This document shows positions 27,780-43,243 of a stretch of 64,000 bases of DNA, one piece after another. How positions within the stretch are numbered: the stretch's first letter is position 1; each line of letters starts with the position of its first letter. Origin of the DNA: Eledone cirrhosa (Eukaryota); NCBI GenBank assembly GCA_964016885.1, contig OZ024740.1, positions 269,576,001-269,640,000 of the forward strand. Reading direction: 5' to 3'. A program made the position numbers and the translations under genes. The notes beneath the pieces are model-generated. The model saw only the letters and a list, made by a program, of their open reading frames with translations, had not been told where the DNA came from and searched no databases.

Positions 27780-28121
27780 TGGTGCCAAAAGCTCCCGTCT
27801 TTCACATCTAGAATAAGGAGCAGATATTGCAATAGCCTGGGGTTCAAGGGCCCTCAACTCTTCAACAAGCTGCCGAGGGATCTGAGAGATCTGCATGGTA
27901 TGGATGGGGATGTCTTCAAGAAACATCTCGACACCTTGCTATCCAGGATCCCCAGATGAGCCTACAGCAAGGCACGAGGGAAACCTAAGGGCAGCCGCAA
28001 CGAACTCCCTCTTGCACCAGTGGCCAACCAATACAAGCTGGAGATGAAATGTGTAGCAACAAGGGCGGTGCCCCAACATGGCCTCAGCCGGATAGCTGGA
28101 ACAGGTAAAAGAGTAAAAGAG

Positions 28122-28122
<1 letters not shown>
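27780..28122 (+). mobile_element. CR1-like LINE 3' end
   Basis: NSLGFKGPQLFNKLPRDLRDL...FKKHLDTLLSRIP(DEP); short (gtaaaaga)n tail. Confidence 0.75.
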
Positions 28123-28181
<59 letters not shown>

Positions 28182-28702
28182 CTATATATATATATATAAT
28201 ATATATATATATATACTAGTTAGAATTAAAAGAGTAAAAGAGTATATATATAATATATATATATATATATTCTAGTTAGAATTTAGTCTACGACTTCAGC
28301 TTTACCATTTACGTGGTTTTGTCTTTGCGTGCAATTGTTCTCCACGCTCCACATATGACGTATTATCTTCGTTTTTTTCGTTAATTGCCAGAGAACGTCT
28401 CTATGCACCACCTAAGAGAACATTAGTCAACGACTTCTTTTATACCATAAACGTGGTTCTGTCTTTGCGTGTAATTGTTTTTCACCGCTCCTATTAATGA
28501 CGTATTATATTCGTTTTTTCCCGTTCTTTGCCAGGGAACGTTTCCACGAACCAAAGTATCGTCTTCCTGTCTTCCTCCGGTTGCAACGTTTTTTATAATA
28601 TCCACTTCTGCGTTTACAGATTGACTTTGTTAGTTTCAGAAGATCCCGTTAAGGGTGAAAGCAGCGATTCTTTGCTTAAACTTTAATCTGTTATTTTAAT
28701 AA

Positions 28703-28789
<87 letters not shown>

Positions 28790-28795
28790 ATAATT

Positions 28796-28829
<34 letters not shown>

Positions 28830-29003
28830 TATAATATATAGTAAGAAACACAGTAAACCGTATGTCTAAAATTACAAGGGTTGAAAAACCACATATGCTT
28901 GAAATATTTAACCAAGAAACAGACAGAATGACGAAATGAAAATAAAAATATATTATCAAATAATACAAATTTCGTTTCCTTCTATTCCATTTATATATAT
29001 GTA

Positions 29004-29098
<95 letters not shown>

Positions 29099-29102
<4 letters not shown>

Positions 29103-29233
29103 CGAAGGAAATGTGGTAAGGAACCAGGTGGACCATAACGCACCAAAGTACTCAATACTTGAGGTAGTAGAGTGGGTAATAGGAACCAGTAAGACCCCGA
29201 CAGCTGAGCTCAGCTGTCGGGGTCTTACTGGTT

Positions 29234-29240
<7 letters not shown>
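29099..29240. mobile_element. Family-A PLE terminus ending in a perfect 60-bp palindrome
   Basis: 29179-29238 is self-complementary, centred on GAGCTC; (TA)n on both sides. Confidence 0.8.
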
Positions 29241-29285
<45 letters not shown>

Positions 29286-29459
29286 TATAAATGGAATAGA
29301 AGGAAACGAAATTTCATTTCTCACTCTTAGTACGGCATATACTCGATATGCAAATTAGCCGACTGAACTCACTCGATATGCAAATTAGGCTGCTCAGCCG
29401 TTAATATGCATAAGGAAAGTATATACTTTCAGACGTTCAACCATCTGGCAGGAAGGTAT

Positions 29460-29502
29460 ACAATGTTGACGATAGCTAATAAGCTTGAAACTAGTACATC
29501 GT
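29460..29502 (+). ncRNA. Minimal hammerhead, mutated copy (UUGACGA)
   Basis: caatg-TTGACGA-tagctaataagctt-GAAAC TA GTA-catcgt; paralog of 52650-52692. Confidence 0.65.
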
Positions 29503-29571
29503 TCCTGTGTCAGTGTTGAATAAAAAGGTGACGTGATTGCCTAAACACTGTACGGTATATATATATATATA

Positions 29572-30676
29572 TAACGAAGGAAATCTGGTAAGGAACCTGG
29601 TGGACCATAACGCACCAAAGTACTCAATACTTAGAGTAGTAGAGTGGGTAATAGGAACGAGTAGGACCCCGACGGCTGAGCTCAAGCCGTTTCGACGGCT
29701 AGTTCTGAACTAAATGAAAATGTTTATCCTGGTACATGAATAGCCGAGCTTCTCAGGGGGTAATTCCATTTATGGTAAAAGTGATTGTCACAAGTTTGTT
29801 GTTGAGACACATAATTCTGTCATGGCAATTTGTGGTAGGATTCTGAATTAATTTTCCGTATCAAATTTTTCATATACTTCGTACAAGCATTTATGTAGTT
29901 TGCACTAAATTTTTTGTATCGTAGCGGCACCCTTAGAGATAGTATTAGTATTCATTTTCGGGATTCGGAATTATTATTTCGTATTAGTTTATTTTTTGCA
30001 CTGGGTGGTTGCTGGCCTTGTGCCTAGGGTAGAAACAATTATTTCGTATTAGTTTCGGGACTCTGAATTATTATTTCGTGGTAGTTTCTTTAGTATTGTG
30101 GCCCCCCACTTGTTGACCTGTCACCGTAAGATATACTCGGTTGATTACTACTAACTCTTAAAATGGTCTCATTACAATTCCGTCCCACCTAGTAAACTTT
30201 TCTATAGTTTAGCAGTTCCAGTGAGTGAGTTGATGGCTCTCGTTAGGGTAGTAACCAGAAATTGTTTTGAAATATTTTTAACGTTCTTGGTATTCTTCTA
30301 TATATTTACTCCATATTGATTTACTTATTGTTTCGACTTCCTCCCCCTCCCCCTCCCTAGTATACTTACTTGACCTCCTGCCCTGCTGTAGTTGGCACTA
30401 TCAACGCACGACTGGGTTTCCTCCACTCCCTCTCCCTCTTTCTTCTACTGGCAGATCCAGCTACCCCTTCCTACCACAAATTGCCATGACAGAATTATGT
30501 GTCTCAACAACAAACTTTTGACCAATCCTTGTGACAATCACTTTTACCATATAGGGAATTACCCCCTGAGAAGCTCGGCTATTCATATACCAGAATACCA
30601 GGATAAAAATGTTCATTTAGTCCAGAACTAGCCGTCGAAACGGCTTGAGCTCAGCCGTCGGGGTCCTACCCGTTCC

Positions 30677-30680
<4 letters not shown>
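29572..30680. mobile_element. Family-A inverted PLE-derived element with a hammerhead-like motif in each arm
   Basis: Arms ~29650-29840 and ~30471-30678; acccc-CTGAGAA-gctcggcta...tagccgtc-GAAAC ggcttgagctcagcc GTC-ggggt at ~30561-30664. Confidence 0.75.
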
Positions 30681-30714
<34 letters not shown>

Positions 30715-31380
30715 TTAAAATAACAGATTAAAGTTTCAGCAAAGAATCGCTGCTTTCACCCTTAACGGGATCTTTTGAAACTAACAAAGTCAATCTGTAA
30801 ACGCAGAAGTGGATATTTCAAAAAACGTTGCAACCGGAGGAAGACAGGAAGACGATACTTTGGTTCGTGGAAACGTTCCCTGGCAAAGAACGGGAAAAAA
30901 CGAATATAATACGTCATTAACAGGAGCGGTGAAAAACAATTACACGCAAAGACAGAATCACTTTTATGGTATAAAAGAAGTCGTATATATATCAAAGGTA
31001 TATATTGAGTTAGAAACTCAAAATAGTCTCTTACAACAAAATAGCTCTAGGAAAGAGACTTTTCCGAGCCGTATATTGTAATTGAATATAAAAGAAAGAC
31101 GAACACAGATATATACATATATGAGTTCAAATCGTAAGGAACCAGATTCGCTAATGTGACGAGTAAGAATTGGCATTCCTATTCAGAATTAATTTTGCGG
31201 ACAGCAGTATCAAAAGCTGTCTGGATTGTTGGTAGTTACCACAATTCCGTTTTGTATTTATTTTCTTGATTTATTCTTATATTGAGTCAGACAAACCCTA
31301 TTGTTAATAGTTAGTATTCTTTTCACCTCAAATCTGGTCCCATATATGTATATATCTGTGTTCTTTCTTTTATATTCAAT

Positions 31381-31522
<142 letters not shown>

Positions 31523-31744
31523 ATTAAACAGAATCAACAAAAACTGAGAGTGGGGGAATTATTGGAAGTGTGTATTTTTATTCTAAATCTCTGAGAGATT
31601 TTTACAAAATATTTACTGGTAACAGACAATTATTAAATATATAAATAAATAAATAATGCCATTGTTAATTAATATATAAATTAACTAATACCTTAACACT
31701 TCACACAAAGTAAAATATTTTGTTTTAAACATTTTCTAACCCAG

Positions 31745-31812
31745 AAAAAAGAGAAAACAATAAAAGGAAAAAAAACTATTTTTCTTCCTAATAATCGTCT
31801 TTTTCTCCCTAT

Positions 31813-31852
<40 letters not shown>

Positions 31853-31920
31853 ATAGGGAGAAAAAGACGATTATTAGGAAGAAAAATAGTTTTTTTTCCT
31901 TTTATTGTTTTCTCTTTTTT
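31745..31920. repeat. ~176-bp palindrome centred on (TA)n
   Basis: aaaaaagagaaaacaataaaagg...ctccctattttca-(TA)n-tgaaaatagggag...ttctctttttt. Confidence 0.9.
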
Positions 31921-31944
31921 ATATGTATATGTATATACGTGACT

Positions 31945-32085
31945 GGAGTCTGTGGATTTCGTCAAACGAATTCCACTCACAAAGCTTTGGTCAACGCGAG
32001 GCTATAGCATAAGACACTTGCCCAAATGTTTACCCAACTCAACCCAGAACCACATGGTTGCGAAGCGAAATCCTTAACCACACAA
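31945..32085 (-). mobile_element. Degenerate tRNA-derived SINE (third family)
   Basis: Minus strand gtggttaagga..cgcttcgcaaccatgtggttctgggtt...ttgggcaagtgtctt..ctatagcc. Confidence 0.6.
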
Positions 32086-32630
32086 ACAGGGCTTCCTATG
32101 ATAAATAATGAAAAAGCTGAAGTTATAATGAACATTGTCGTTTATAGGATTTGTGTTGCATAACTGTGCTGATTGCCCGAACAGACATTAAAATAATCTT
32201 TTTCATTTGTTCATATCGACAATTATTTATTTTACATTTTCGTTCGTTTCATGATTCCATCAAACGCCTTCTTGGTTTGTAAATGTTTCATCTACAACAT
32301 AATAACTACCGAGGTTGATATTTCATGACACGAAAATGTTCTAATCTTGATTTTTTTATATAAAGTGGAACCATAAGAATTACGAAAGCTTTTTCTGAAT
32401 TGTAATTCGACTTGCCAAAAGATATAGAAAATAATACATTTGGTATGTAAATATATTTTTATACTCAACGATAGACACAACGCAACATAGCATGTAAATG
32501 TTATAACCTTTGATAGATATTGTATTTCGCATTTTTGGCCTGAGTAAGTGTATATGTATCTGTGTTTATAATATGTGGGTGAGCATTGTCCTGTATATAT
32601 GTATATATGTATATATATCAATACTATATA

Positions 32631-33364
32631 TCTATATATATAAAGTTGTAGTTCCTGTCTGTTTGTTTGTTTGTTCACGAACTCCTCCTATGGTTTTGGA
32701 GATAGACCCCCATAACCATATATATTCTGAAACTACATTGCCCATGGTACTTAGATAAATATATTTTATTTTAATCAAAGGGTTTCCCGAGAACACAAAA
32801 CCCCGCTGAAAGATTTGTCCCATCCATTTTTGTGAAATCTGAACCATAGGTAAATAACAAGATATGATGCCTAGTCACAAAATTTCAGCAAATTTCAATA
32901 ATATTAAGACACCCTAATCGGGGTTAAACCCCCTATAGTGAACATTTTGGAAGCCCATAACTTGAGTATTGGAACCTCTATTATCACGGGGTTTTTCTAT
33001 TAATTAAACGTAAATCAACAAAAAAGCACCTCTCTTTTATGTTGTTTACCCTGAAGTTCTTCATTAGGACAAAGTATGAAATATATTTTCACGTATTTAT
33101 TATGTTAAAAAAATAAATAATTAAACTTTGAATTTCTAATTTGAAAATAATGCTTTACACAAACAAGAAATGATCAAGTTTTGAATTGATATTTTCAAAA
33201 AATTTATTTACAAGAAACAAAATAAGAATAAGATTTAATAATCTAATTTTGATTTCATATATTACAAAAAATAATGTTTTCCAATTTTTCATGCATTACA
33301 TTTTACATTGAGTAATATTGAAATGCAGAGTTTATCTTCATAAAGGCGCTGGTAATTTGGCTAA
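32631..33364 (+). mobile_element. Probable non-autonomous Helitron
   Basis: 5' tctatatatataaagttg..gtctgtttgtttg resembles the element at 51097; degenerate 3' end gcgctggtaatttggctaa|t. Confidence 0.5.
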
Positions 33365-33365
33365 T

Positions 33366-33398
<33 letters not shown>

Positions 33399-33844
33399 AT
33401 ATGTTTGAATTGAAGTTATAGCCACAGTAGAGCAGATAGCAATTGTTTGAAGCAGTCACAAAGCACTCAATTGTGCGAAAAGTTAATAGATTTTCGTTTA
33501 GCGTTAACACAAAGTTAAGAAAGTATGACACCATGAATAACACGACCATGTGTATGTGGCCATAGTTTATAACCTCAACTACGATAAATACAAACAGACA
33601 GGTGTCAAGTCTGAACTACCTCGAATAGATAAGAATCGATAGAAATTGCTAAAAAATCTTCGATAAGGTGCACCACGAGTTGCACAATGCATATGCAAGT
33701 CATAAGTGGACCTAGCAATATACAAAGATATACGTATATACTCGGACTCACGCACATACAAACATATACGTATATGTGCGTGAGTCCGAGTATATAAAAT
33801 GTGTATATGTATGTATATATTCATGTATTAAATGTTACTCTCAC

Positions 33845-34290
33845 GTGCATAAACCAAGCCATAAACCAAACGAACAAATTAGGTATAATTCAGAAATTCA
33901 TGGCATCCAGCAAACATCTTCAGTAATTTAGTGTTTAATATAGGAAAGAGCATCTCCTACCTTCCAACAAAGATATTTTCAACAAGGCTCTTGCTCAACA
34001 ACCGTCTGGCTAACAATATGGATAACATTACTTTAATCCCAACAAATTACTAGCTAATCCAACAAAATAAAATGACCAAGTTAGATGAAATGGTTTACAG
34101 TCCTTCTTTCTTAACGTCTAAAATTATAAGCAAAATGTTGGTAGTCCTACTTGAGAAACACTTTTCTATCGGTGATAGTTATCGAAACATATTCAAAATG
34201 AAATCTGTTAAACACGGTTATTCCTGTGCCAAGAGTGTAAAATCATGTATTATCCGTAACCCAAATCCCACCGGGCACTCTGCTGACTAA
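33845..34290 (+). pseudogene. Old PLE RT-thumb/linker fragment
   Basis: HKPSHKPNEQIRY and LLEKHF...YRNIF..KSVKHGYSCAKSVKSCI resemble ILEKNFPPNHKYHQILNRSTVKFSYST in the PLE at ~13800. Confidence 0.6.
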
Positions 34291-34363
34291 TAATCTTAAT
34301 AGTTTAAAACTAGTAAAATCCTGATCTTTCACTCACTGTCTATCTTTATCTACACACACACGC

Positions 34364-34514
<151 letters not shown>

Positions 34515-34884
34515 TTAATTAATCTCTAAACACATCCCAGGGTCACAGTAACACCACGGTACGACTCACGCCTTACATATGTATAGATTTTCCTCATTTC
34601 CTCAATTCCTCCTTGCAAATATAATTTTAATATGTTTCTAAGCATATCCTAAATGTCTGTACCATTATCAATTTTGTGAGACATTATGCGTTAGTAGAGT
34701 GTAACCTTTTTTGTCCTCCAGGTTATTTTCGGATAAGATCGCGTGACATGATTGAACAATCCCGTAGACACGATATATATATATATAGTAATAATAATAA
34801 ATTTGAAGACTAAAATCCAAAGAGGGCTCGATAAGGATAAATATATATCAAATATATATATATATATATATATAGATAGATAAG

Positions 34885-35116
34885 TGAAGGCGTGTGGCTG
34901 AGTGGTTAGAGAATTGGATTCGCAATCGTAAGGTTGTGAGTTCGATTCTTGGACCAGGCGATGCGTTATGTCCTTGAGCAAGACACTTTATTTCACGTTG
35001 CTCCTTCTACCTGGAGTTGCGACCGATAGATAGTATTAGCAATTGGAAAGACCAACGGAAACATTCTTCCCTCGGTCCGATTTGACGAAAGTCGATCGTC
35101 CTTAAAGAAAAAAAAA
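34885..35116 (+). mobile_element. tRNA-derived SINE family B, full length
   Basis: A box tggctgagtgg, B box gttcgattc, gtccttgagcaagacactt domain, A tail; inserted in (GATA)n. Confidence 0.85.
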
Positions 35117-35489
35117 ATAGATAGATAGAATATGGTTATGGTAAATATCTTCTACACATAAAGTTGCTACCTGAAAAGTGTGTTTGCTTGTTTAGACAGC
35201 CTTGTAATGCAAGTGGATTAGATTGCTAAATAATGTAACAAAGGAGTTGGGTGCGAGAGAGTTTATCCTTTTCATATCAATGATTTAGTAGATGCTTTTT
35301 ATTTATAGAATGATTTCAAGAAAATCTGCACAGATATAGCTATAAGTAGAGATTAATACTATTTACAAATAGAACATATGTTGTTACATCAATTATTTTC
35401 GAACTTTACTCAAGAATGCATCTATACATCGTTTCCTGTTTTGTGATGCTGTCTATGCAAATAATTAGAAAAGAACCACTGAATAATGA

Positions 35490-35905
35490 TAATAATTGTT
35501 TCTACTATTGGCAAAAGGCCTGCAATTACCCAGTACATTACTGATACTTTATTTTATCGACCCCGTAAGGATGAAAGGCAAAGTTAACCTCGGCGGGATT
35601 TGAACTCAGACTGTAAAGTGACGTAACTATGCTAGAAAGCATGGCGTCCAACCCTCTACCGATACTGCCAATTCACCGCCCTGAATAATGATAATAATGA
35701 TTTCTAGTACAGGCACAATGCCAGTAATTTGGGGAGAGAGGAAAGTCGATCAAATCGACCCCAGTGCGTGACTGGTACTTTATTTTATCGACCCCGTAAG
35801 AATGAAAGTTAACCTCGGCGGGGTTTGAACTCAGACCGTAAGGGACCATAACTCTATGCTGCAAAGCATGGTGTCCGACTCTCTACCGATACTGCCAATC
35901 CACTC
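35490..35905 (-). mobile_element. Two tandem SINE family A copies
   Basis: Core occurs twice; ctgaataatgat is repeated at the junctions. Confidence 0.85.
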
Positions 35906-37649
35906 TGAATAATGATTGCTTCTTATATAAGCATGGTGTGAGAAATCTTGGGAGAGGGGTTCGTTGATTTTATCGACCTCAGAATTTACCTGGTTGTATA
36001 ATTCCTTAATTTGTTAAAATCCAGAGATGAAAATCTCTCATTAGCAACTAACTGAACATGTGATTTTGTACCAGATTAATATAATCAAATAATGTCATGA
36101 ATCTTAATTTCTATTAGAAGTGTAATTGTCAATCTAAGATGACATTACAAATACTATTACGTTACGTAATCAAAATTTACGCACGTGTACATTTGGTGCG
36201 CTTAATGTATTTTGATTGATTGGTTTTTGAAAGAGTAACTGTCGCCATTTACACCTGATTAAAGCAAAACGTGTAAGGCATAACGCCAAATGCCGCAAAG
36301 AAAACTGCTTAAAATTGACTTTTATTCTAATGAATGAAACTTCAGTAGTTAAGTTATAGATGAAAAGTTCATAACTATTTCTGTTTGACAGCACATCGCT
36401 ATCAGATAAGATATAAGTGTATAAAATATTTCTGAAAGAAAGATGCAACACAAAAAAAACCCCACAAAAACCCCAACAAAAAACCGATTTAAAATAAAAG
36501 AAACCTGACTTATTCTGACAACTAGAATACAAAAATTACAATTTGAAAATTGCGTAACATATGGATGCTTTCTTTGTGGAAATCGAATAGATGTGAACAT
36601 TTTTCGTTTTGCACAGATCTTTATTGCAGTCTTATATACAGAAAGATTGCTTATAAATTTCACAAAAAAAACAAAAACAAAAACAAAACTAAAACATTTA
36701 ACGAATGAAAGAAAGAATCACATAAAATAAATGTACTTACAATATCAGACATGGTGACAGTAAACAACTATACGAGTAAAAGAAGATATGTTAGCTTATT
36801 GTAATTATTTACAAATATATGGTGAATGACAGCACAAATTAATTTTACGTCTGACTGTATACATCTGAATAGCCTGATCTGTCAATGAAACCCATTTGCT
36901 GTCATTCTTAGCTCTAAAATCCTATGATCCTGAAAAACTTTCACTCAATATTTGATATATTCTTTTGAAATTTTGTTACCTTAAGAGCTTATTTAAAAAA
37001 TAAAAAATTAACCATAAAAAAGTTTCATTTTCCCATTTATTTTAGTAATGCATATAATATTCTGAAATGTATGTCATTGAAAATATTTAGGGAAGATATC
37101 CAATTGCCAGCAAATACCCTCTTTCATTGATATAATGCAAAAGAATCATTTATACAGGAATTTTGCCAAACATACTAACACACATAGAAAGTCTTCAAAC
37201 ATTTTAAAGTCATATAATTTCTTCATACACATACAGGCAAATCACCCATCCATCCATTCATCCACCCTTCAATCCATCCAACCATACATACATGCGAACG
37301 TACGTACATACATATATATGTACACAGCCACATATATAAACGGCGCTTTTTTATACCATTTGGTATAGCTGGCAATCAAGTAATGCTTTCAGATATTCCT
37401 GTGCATGTATATAGATATATTAGTTTTTGTGGATACTAATAGCTAACTAAATGAAGACATCTGCACGCACATATCACAAATATTATATGAAATATTCCGC
37501 ATATGTCGCATAAAAATTCCATGAAGTTTTCAATTTTGTTTTCTTAAACGCTTTATGACTTGTGAGCTGCAAATATGTGGTTTCTACTTTTAGTGTTTTA
37601 GTGTACTCAAGTCAGTTTGAAACCAGCAGCATTATTGAATTATGTAATG

Positions 37650-37832
37650 GCGGTGGATTGGCAGTATCGGTAGAGGGTCGGACGTCATGCTTTCCAGCAT
37701 AGTTACGTCCCTTTACGATCTGAGTTCAAATCCCGCCGAGGTAGACTTTGCCTTTCATCCTTACGGGGTCGATAAAATAAAGTACCAGTAATGCACTGGG
37801 TAATTGCTGGCCTTGTGCCTAAAGTAGAAACA
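37650..37832 (+). mobile_element. SINE family A, full length with TSD
   Basis: TSD attattgaattatgtaatg on both sides. Confidence 0.92.
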
Positions 37833-38825
37833 ATTATTGAATTATGTAATGCTGAAGTATGTTCTCTGGTCTTTCTTTGTCAATATTGATATTACAACCA
37901 TTCGATTTGTTGCACCATTAAATTGCATTTAGAAACCGGCCCTTTGTATACTTGAAGTAGCGTTGTCCCCCCATGTCACTCTTATCGCTAATGTCTGTTA
38001 TTCTTTTTAGTGTCGGCCTAATTTCCTGCTGGGTAGTATCTGACTCCTTTATACAACTGTTGTATTAACGCTTATGGTCAAGCATACTGAAGTTATATAA
38101 TACTACTGGAGTAGAATTTCCATTGAAACTTTTAATCTTGTATTTATTTTTCTCAAAGGAATTCTTTTCCAATAGTTGCGTTCTTCTGTTTCAGTACTTA
38201 TGCATTGTGTCTGTTATTTCATTTTTTTTTTACATATAATCTTTTCTCTTTTCCAATATATTTCTCAGAAGCATCTTTCTCTCTTTATAAATGCTTTGTT
38301 TTCTCCCAATTGTATCCATCCCATTTTTGCACAACTTGAGTTTCTTTACTATTGGCATTTCTCATTTCAATTCTTTGAGTTTGTATTTGATTTAATTTTT
38401 TCCTTTTTTTGTATTTTATCTCTGCATGTTCTGTTATTCCTGTTATCTTCCTCCGTGTGACAAAATGGATTAAGTTCACTAGATTAATGTCAATGGTTTC
38501 ATGAATATTCTGAAGGAAAGGTTCAAGAGATGTATTTGCATGCATTATAATCTATTAATTTGTATTTGTAAATGGGATTTGGGAAATCAACAACGAATCA
38601 TTAATTGTGGGCATCCTACTCGAATTTTGATTTTTATGTTTTTTTAATCCTTTCTGTTTCTTTTGTTGATAAAGGTTGGTTTTCATGCAGTTTTCATCTC
38701 ATTTTCATCTTCTATATCTTCCTTTGCAGAAAAAAACAATATTTTCAAAATAGGTCTAATCGGTTATTCCCACTTCTACAAATTCTGAAGACTAGAATAT
38801 TTTATATTTTATTATATCTTTATTA

Positions 38826-39035
38826 AAGCGGTGGATTGCCAGTATATGTAAAGCATCAGATAACATAATTTACGCCCCATATGTTCTGAGTATAAAATCC
38901 CGCCGGCGTTAGCTTTGTCTTTCATCCTTACAGGGTCGATTAAATAAAGTACCAGTAACGCGCCGAGGTCAATATAGTTGACTTCCCCTTCTCCCAAAGT
39001 TGTTGGGCTTGTGCTTACATCAGAAACCATTATTA
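38826..39035 (+). mobile_element. Diverged SINE family A
   Basis: gcggtggattg head; cttcatccttacagggtcgat. Confidence 0.7.
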
Positions 39036-39390
39036 ATGCCAGTTTAGTTAGACTGAGGTATAACTGCTATTTTGATTTTACCCACATCATATTTGTATCG
39101 TTAAATTTGACTTGTTGCAGTTTTCTGATTTTATACAACCAGTAATGTATGCTCTCTTTATTTCAAAGTATCAAGATAATGTATCTGAATCTCTGACAGG
39201 GTACATCTGGTATGCATTGAATTGGTTCAAGCCAGTGAATCTATACATTCTACACTCTCAAATTAAATTTGACTGAATAGATAACTTTTAGAGTTGGTCC
39301 ATAATCGAAAGCATATTGAATTACGTATATCATTTACGTATTAAGTGATCATTTATCATATTACCAATTCTTGCCTTTTTCCCAGAAACT

Positions 39391-39651
39391 TACGAGAGTC
39401 GCCTGAAAAGTTCATAGGGAGGCTATGAAGAAGTGATGCTAGAGCTGTGACATTTTGCATACATTAATTTCAAATCGGATCAGCCGAAAGGTTTATAGGC
39501 TGAGAGCTGTAAACATTTGCAGGCATTAATTTCAAATCTTCTTATTAATAACAGCATTGTTTCTTTCCAGGGACTATGTTGAAAAATAAACCTCATTTGG
39601 TCATTCCATGAGAGTTTCTTGGTCAGCCTATGAACGTTTCAGCCGATCCTC
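39391..39651. mobile_element. Mariner-type MITE (second copy ~40318-40497)
   Basis: Imperfect TIRs cgagagtcgcctgaaaagttcatagg / cctatgaacgtttcagccgatcctc; shared interior tatgaagga.tga.gctagagctgtga. Confidence 0.6.
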
Positions 39652-39744
39652 CTGTTTGGTGTTATGATGTGATGGGCTTTGGTTACATCAGGTCTGTTGA
39701 TAAGAATGTTTTGTTTGCTAATTTGCTATTATTACCTGATTATT

Positions 39745-39940
39745 AGGGCGGTGGATTAGCAGAATCGGTATAGCGTTGGACAAAATGCTTAGTGGAATAG
39801 AGTTATGGCCCTTTATGTTTAAATCTCGCCGTGGCTAATTTTACCTTTAATCCTTACGAGGTCGATAAAATTAAGTACCTGTAATGCACTGGGGTCGATT
39901 TAATCGATTTTTTCTTTCTTCTAAATCAGAAACCAATATT
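39745..39940 (+). mobile_element. Diverged SINE family A
   Basis: Head gggcggtggattagcagaatcgg; TSD-like tattacctgattatta on both sides. Confidence 0.75.
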
Positions 39941-41084
39941 ACCTGATTATTAATTGATAAAATTATCGGATTGCTTTCTGAAAGTTTTACTTTCATAACT
40001 TTTCTGACATAAGACGTATTTCTAACTATATGGTATAAGTTCAAAAATATAAATAGGTGTGAGATGATTATAATCATAAGCATATTTTAAGACGATTATA
40101 GCGATGCATGCTCTTATTTACATAACAATATAGATGTATATTTCTGGTCTACAATAGAGTCTCTTGTTAGCCACTGATGCAGTACAGGTTAGAGCCCATT
40201 CATACAAAACGTAAAATTCCATTTATGAGCATTTGACATAAGCTCTTTTTTAATGTGTTTAATTATTTGCTAATAATATTGATACTGTTTATGAAAGTTA
40301 GAGGACAAGATCTTTAGTACGATGTTAACCTGAAAAGTTCATTAGCTGACTATGAAGGAGTGACGCTAGAGCTGTGAGATCTTGCTTGCATTAATTTTAA
40401 CTCTTTTTATTAATAACTGTATTGTTTATTTCATGGGACTTAAAAAATAAACCTCATTTTGCCATTCTATGAAAGTTTCTTGGTCAGCCGACCCTCGCAC
40501 ATAAATTGTTTTTCACGGAAAGACGTAGTTCTTTTTTTTTGTTTAGGAGATTTTTACTATCATCATCATATAATCGAGTTCCAGTTTATCTATATTATCT
40601 GCGTTAATCAGGCAGACTATACAAATCCTTACTTGTGTAGTCAACTATCCGAAACTGTGGATTTTCTAACCTCGGATCTAAGAAAAGCTCTATCTAAATA
40701 TGATCTATTTGACTCGATGCATCTTCTCCAAATTCACACTTATACATTCAGAAAATCCCCATATACCTGTCATATACCTGGAATTGTCTGAGCAGTTTGC
40801 TTTTACATCCCATCGTTTTCTGTTATTCCCACACAATTCCAGCATTCCAATATTTCATTAAGTTTTGAGCGAGATTTTCCTAAGAATGCTTTCATGAGCC
40901 TGAATAAAACAGTCCATCCACTCCTGTCTAATGAACAGCCATTAGTCTAAGTGCACATATTTCTATTCCGTTCCTTCCTGTTCATTACCATTGTCATGGC
41001 ATCTAGTTCCTAGAATATCCCCTTTATCGAGAACTTTCTAACACGGCACAGCGGCTCCACTTGATCCGGAACAACTGAAAATCT

Positions 41085-41143
<59 letters not shown>

Positions 41144-41231
41144 ACACCACCACCACCACCACAACCACTACCACCACCACTTTACTCGGGATCTCTCTCT
41201 CTCTCGCCCTCCCTCTCCATATATATATATA

Positions 41232-43103
<1,872 letters not shown>

Positions 43104-43186
43104 TTACTCCAATAATTTGTTGAGTGCTTTATATCAGTTATAAAAATATTTTGCTTGTTGTATCCCAACAAATTAAATATAACCTC

Positions 43187-43243
<57 letters not shown>

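Larger units (their letters stand above)
28430..30985. repeat. ~275-bp inverted arms (28430-28703 and 30713-30985) enclosing nested elements
   Basis: Mirror ORFs MDIIKNVATGG (-) and MDISKNVATGG (+); a diverged tandem copy of the arm start lies at ~28270-28420. Confidence 0.85.

Noticed and set aside
28123-28272. Duplicated tagttagaatt and aaaagagtaaaagagt among irregular TA runs; irregular CT/GA runs at 22535-23170
   Set aside because: Likely low-quality consensus or slippage rather than a biological feature.
34885-34965. tRNA gene
   Set aside because: A and B boxes belong to a SINE head; no complete cloverleaf.
40580-41080. Possible L1/Tx1-type endonuclease remnant on the minus strand; possible ORF1-like relics at ~25770-26450 and ~37950-38800
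   Set aside because: Only faint motif resemblance with many stops; needs a translated search.
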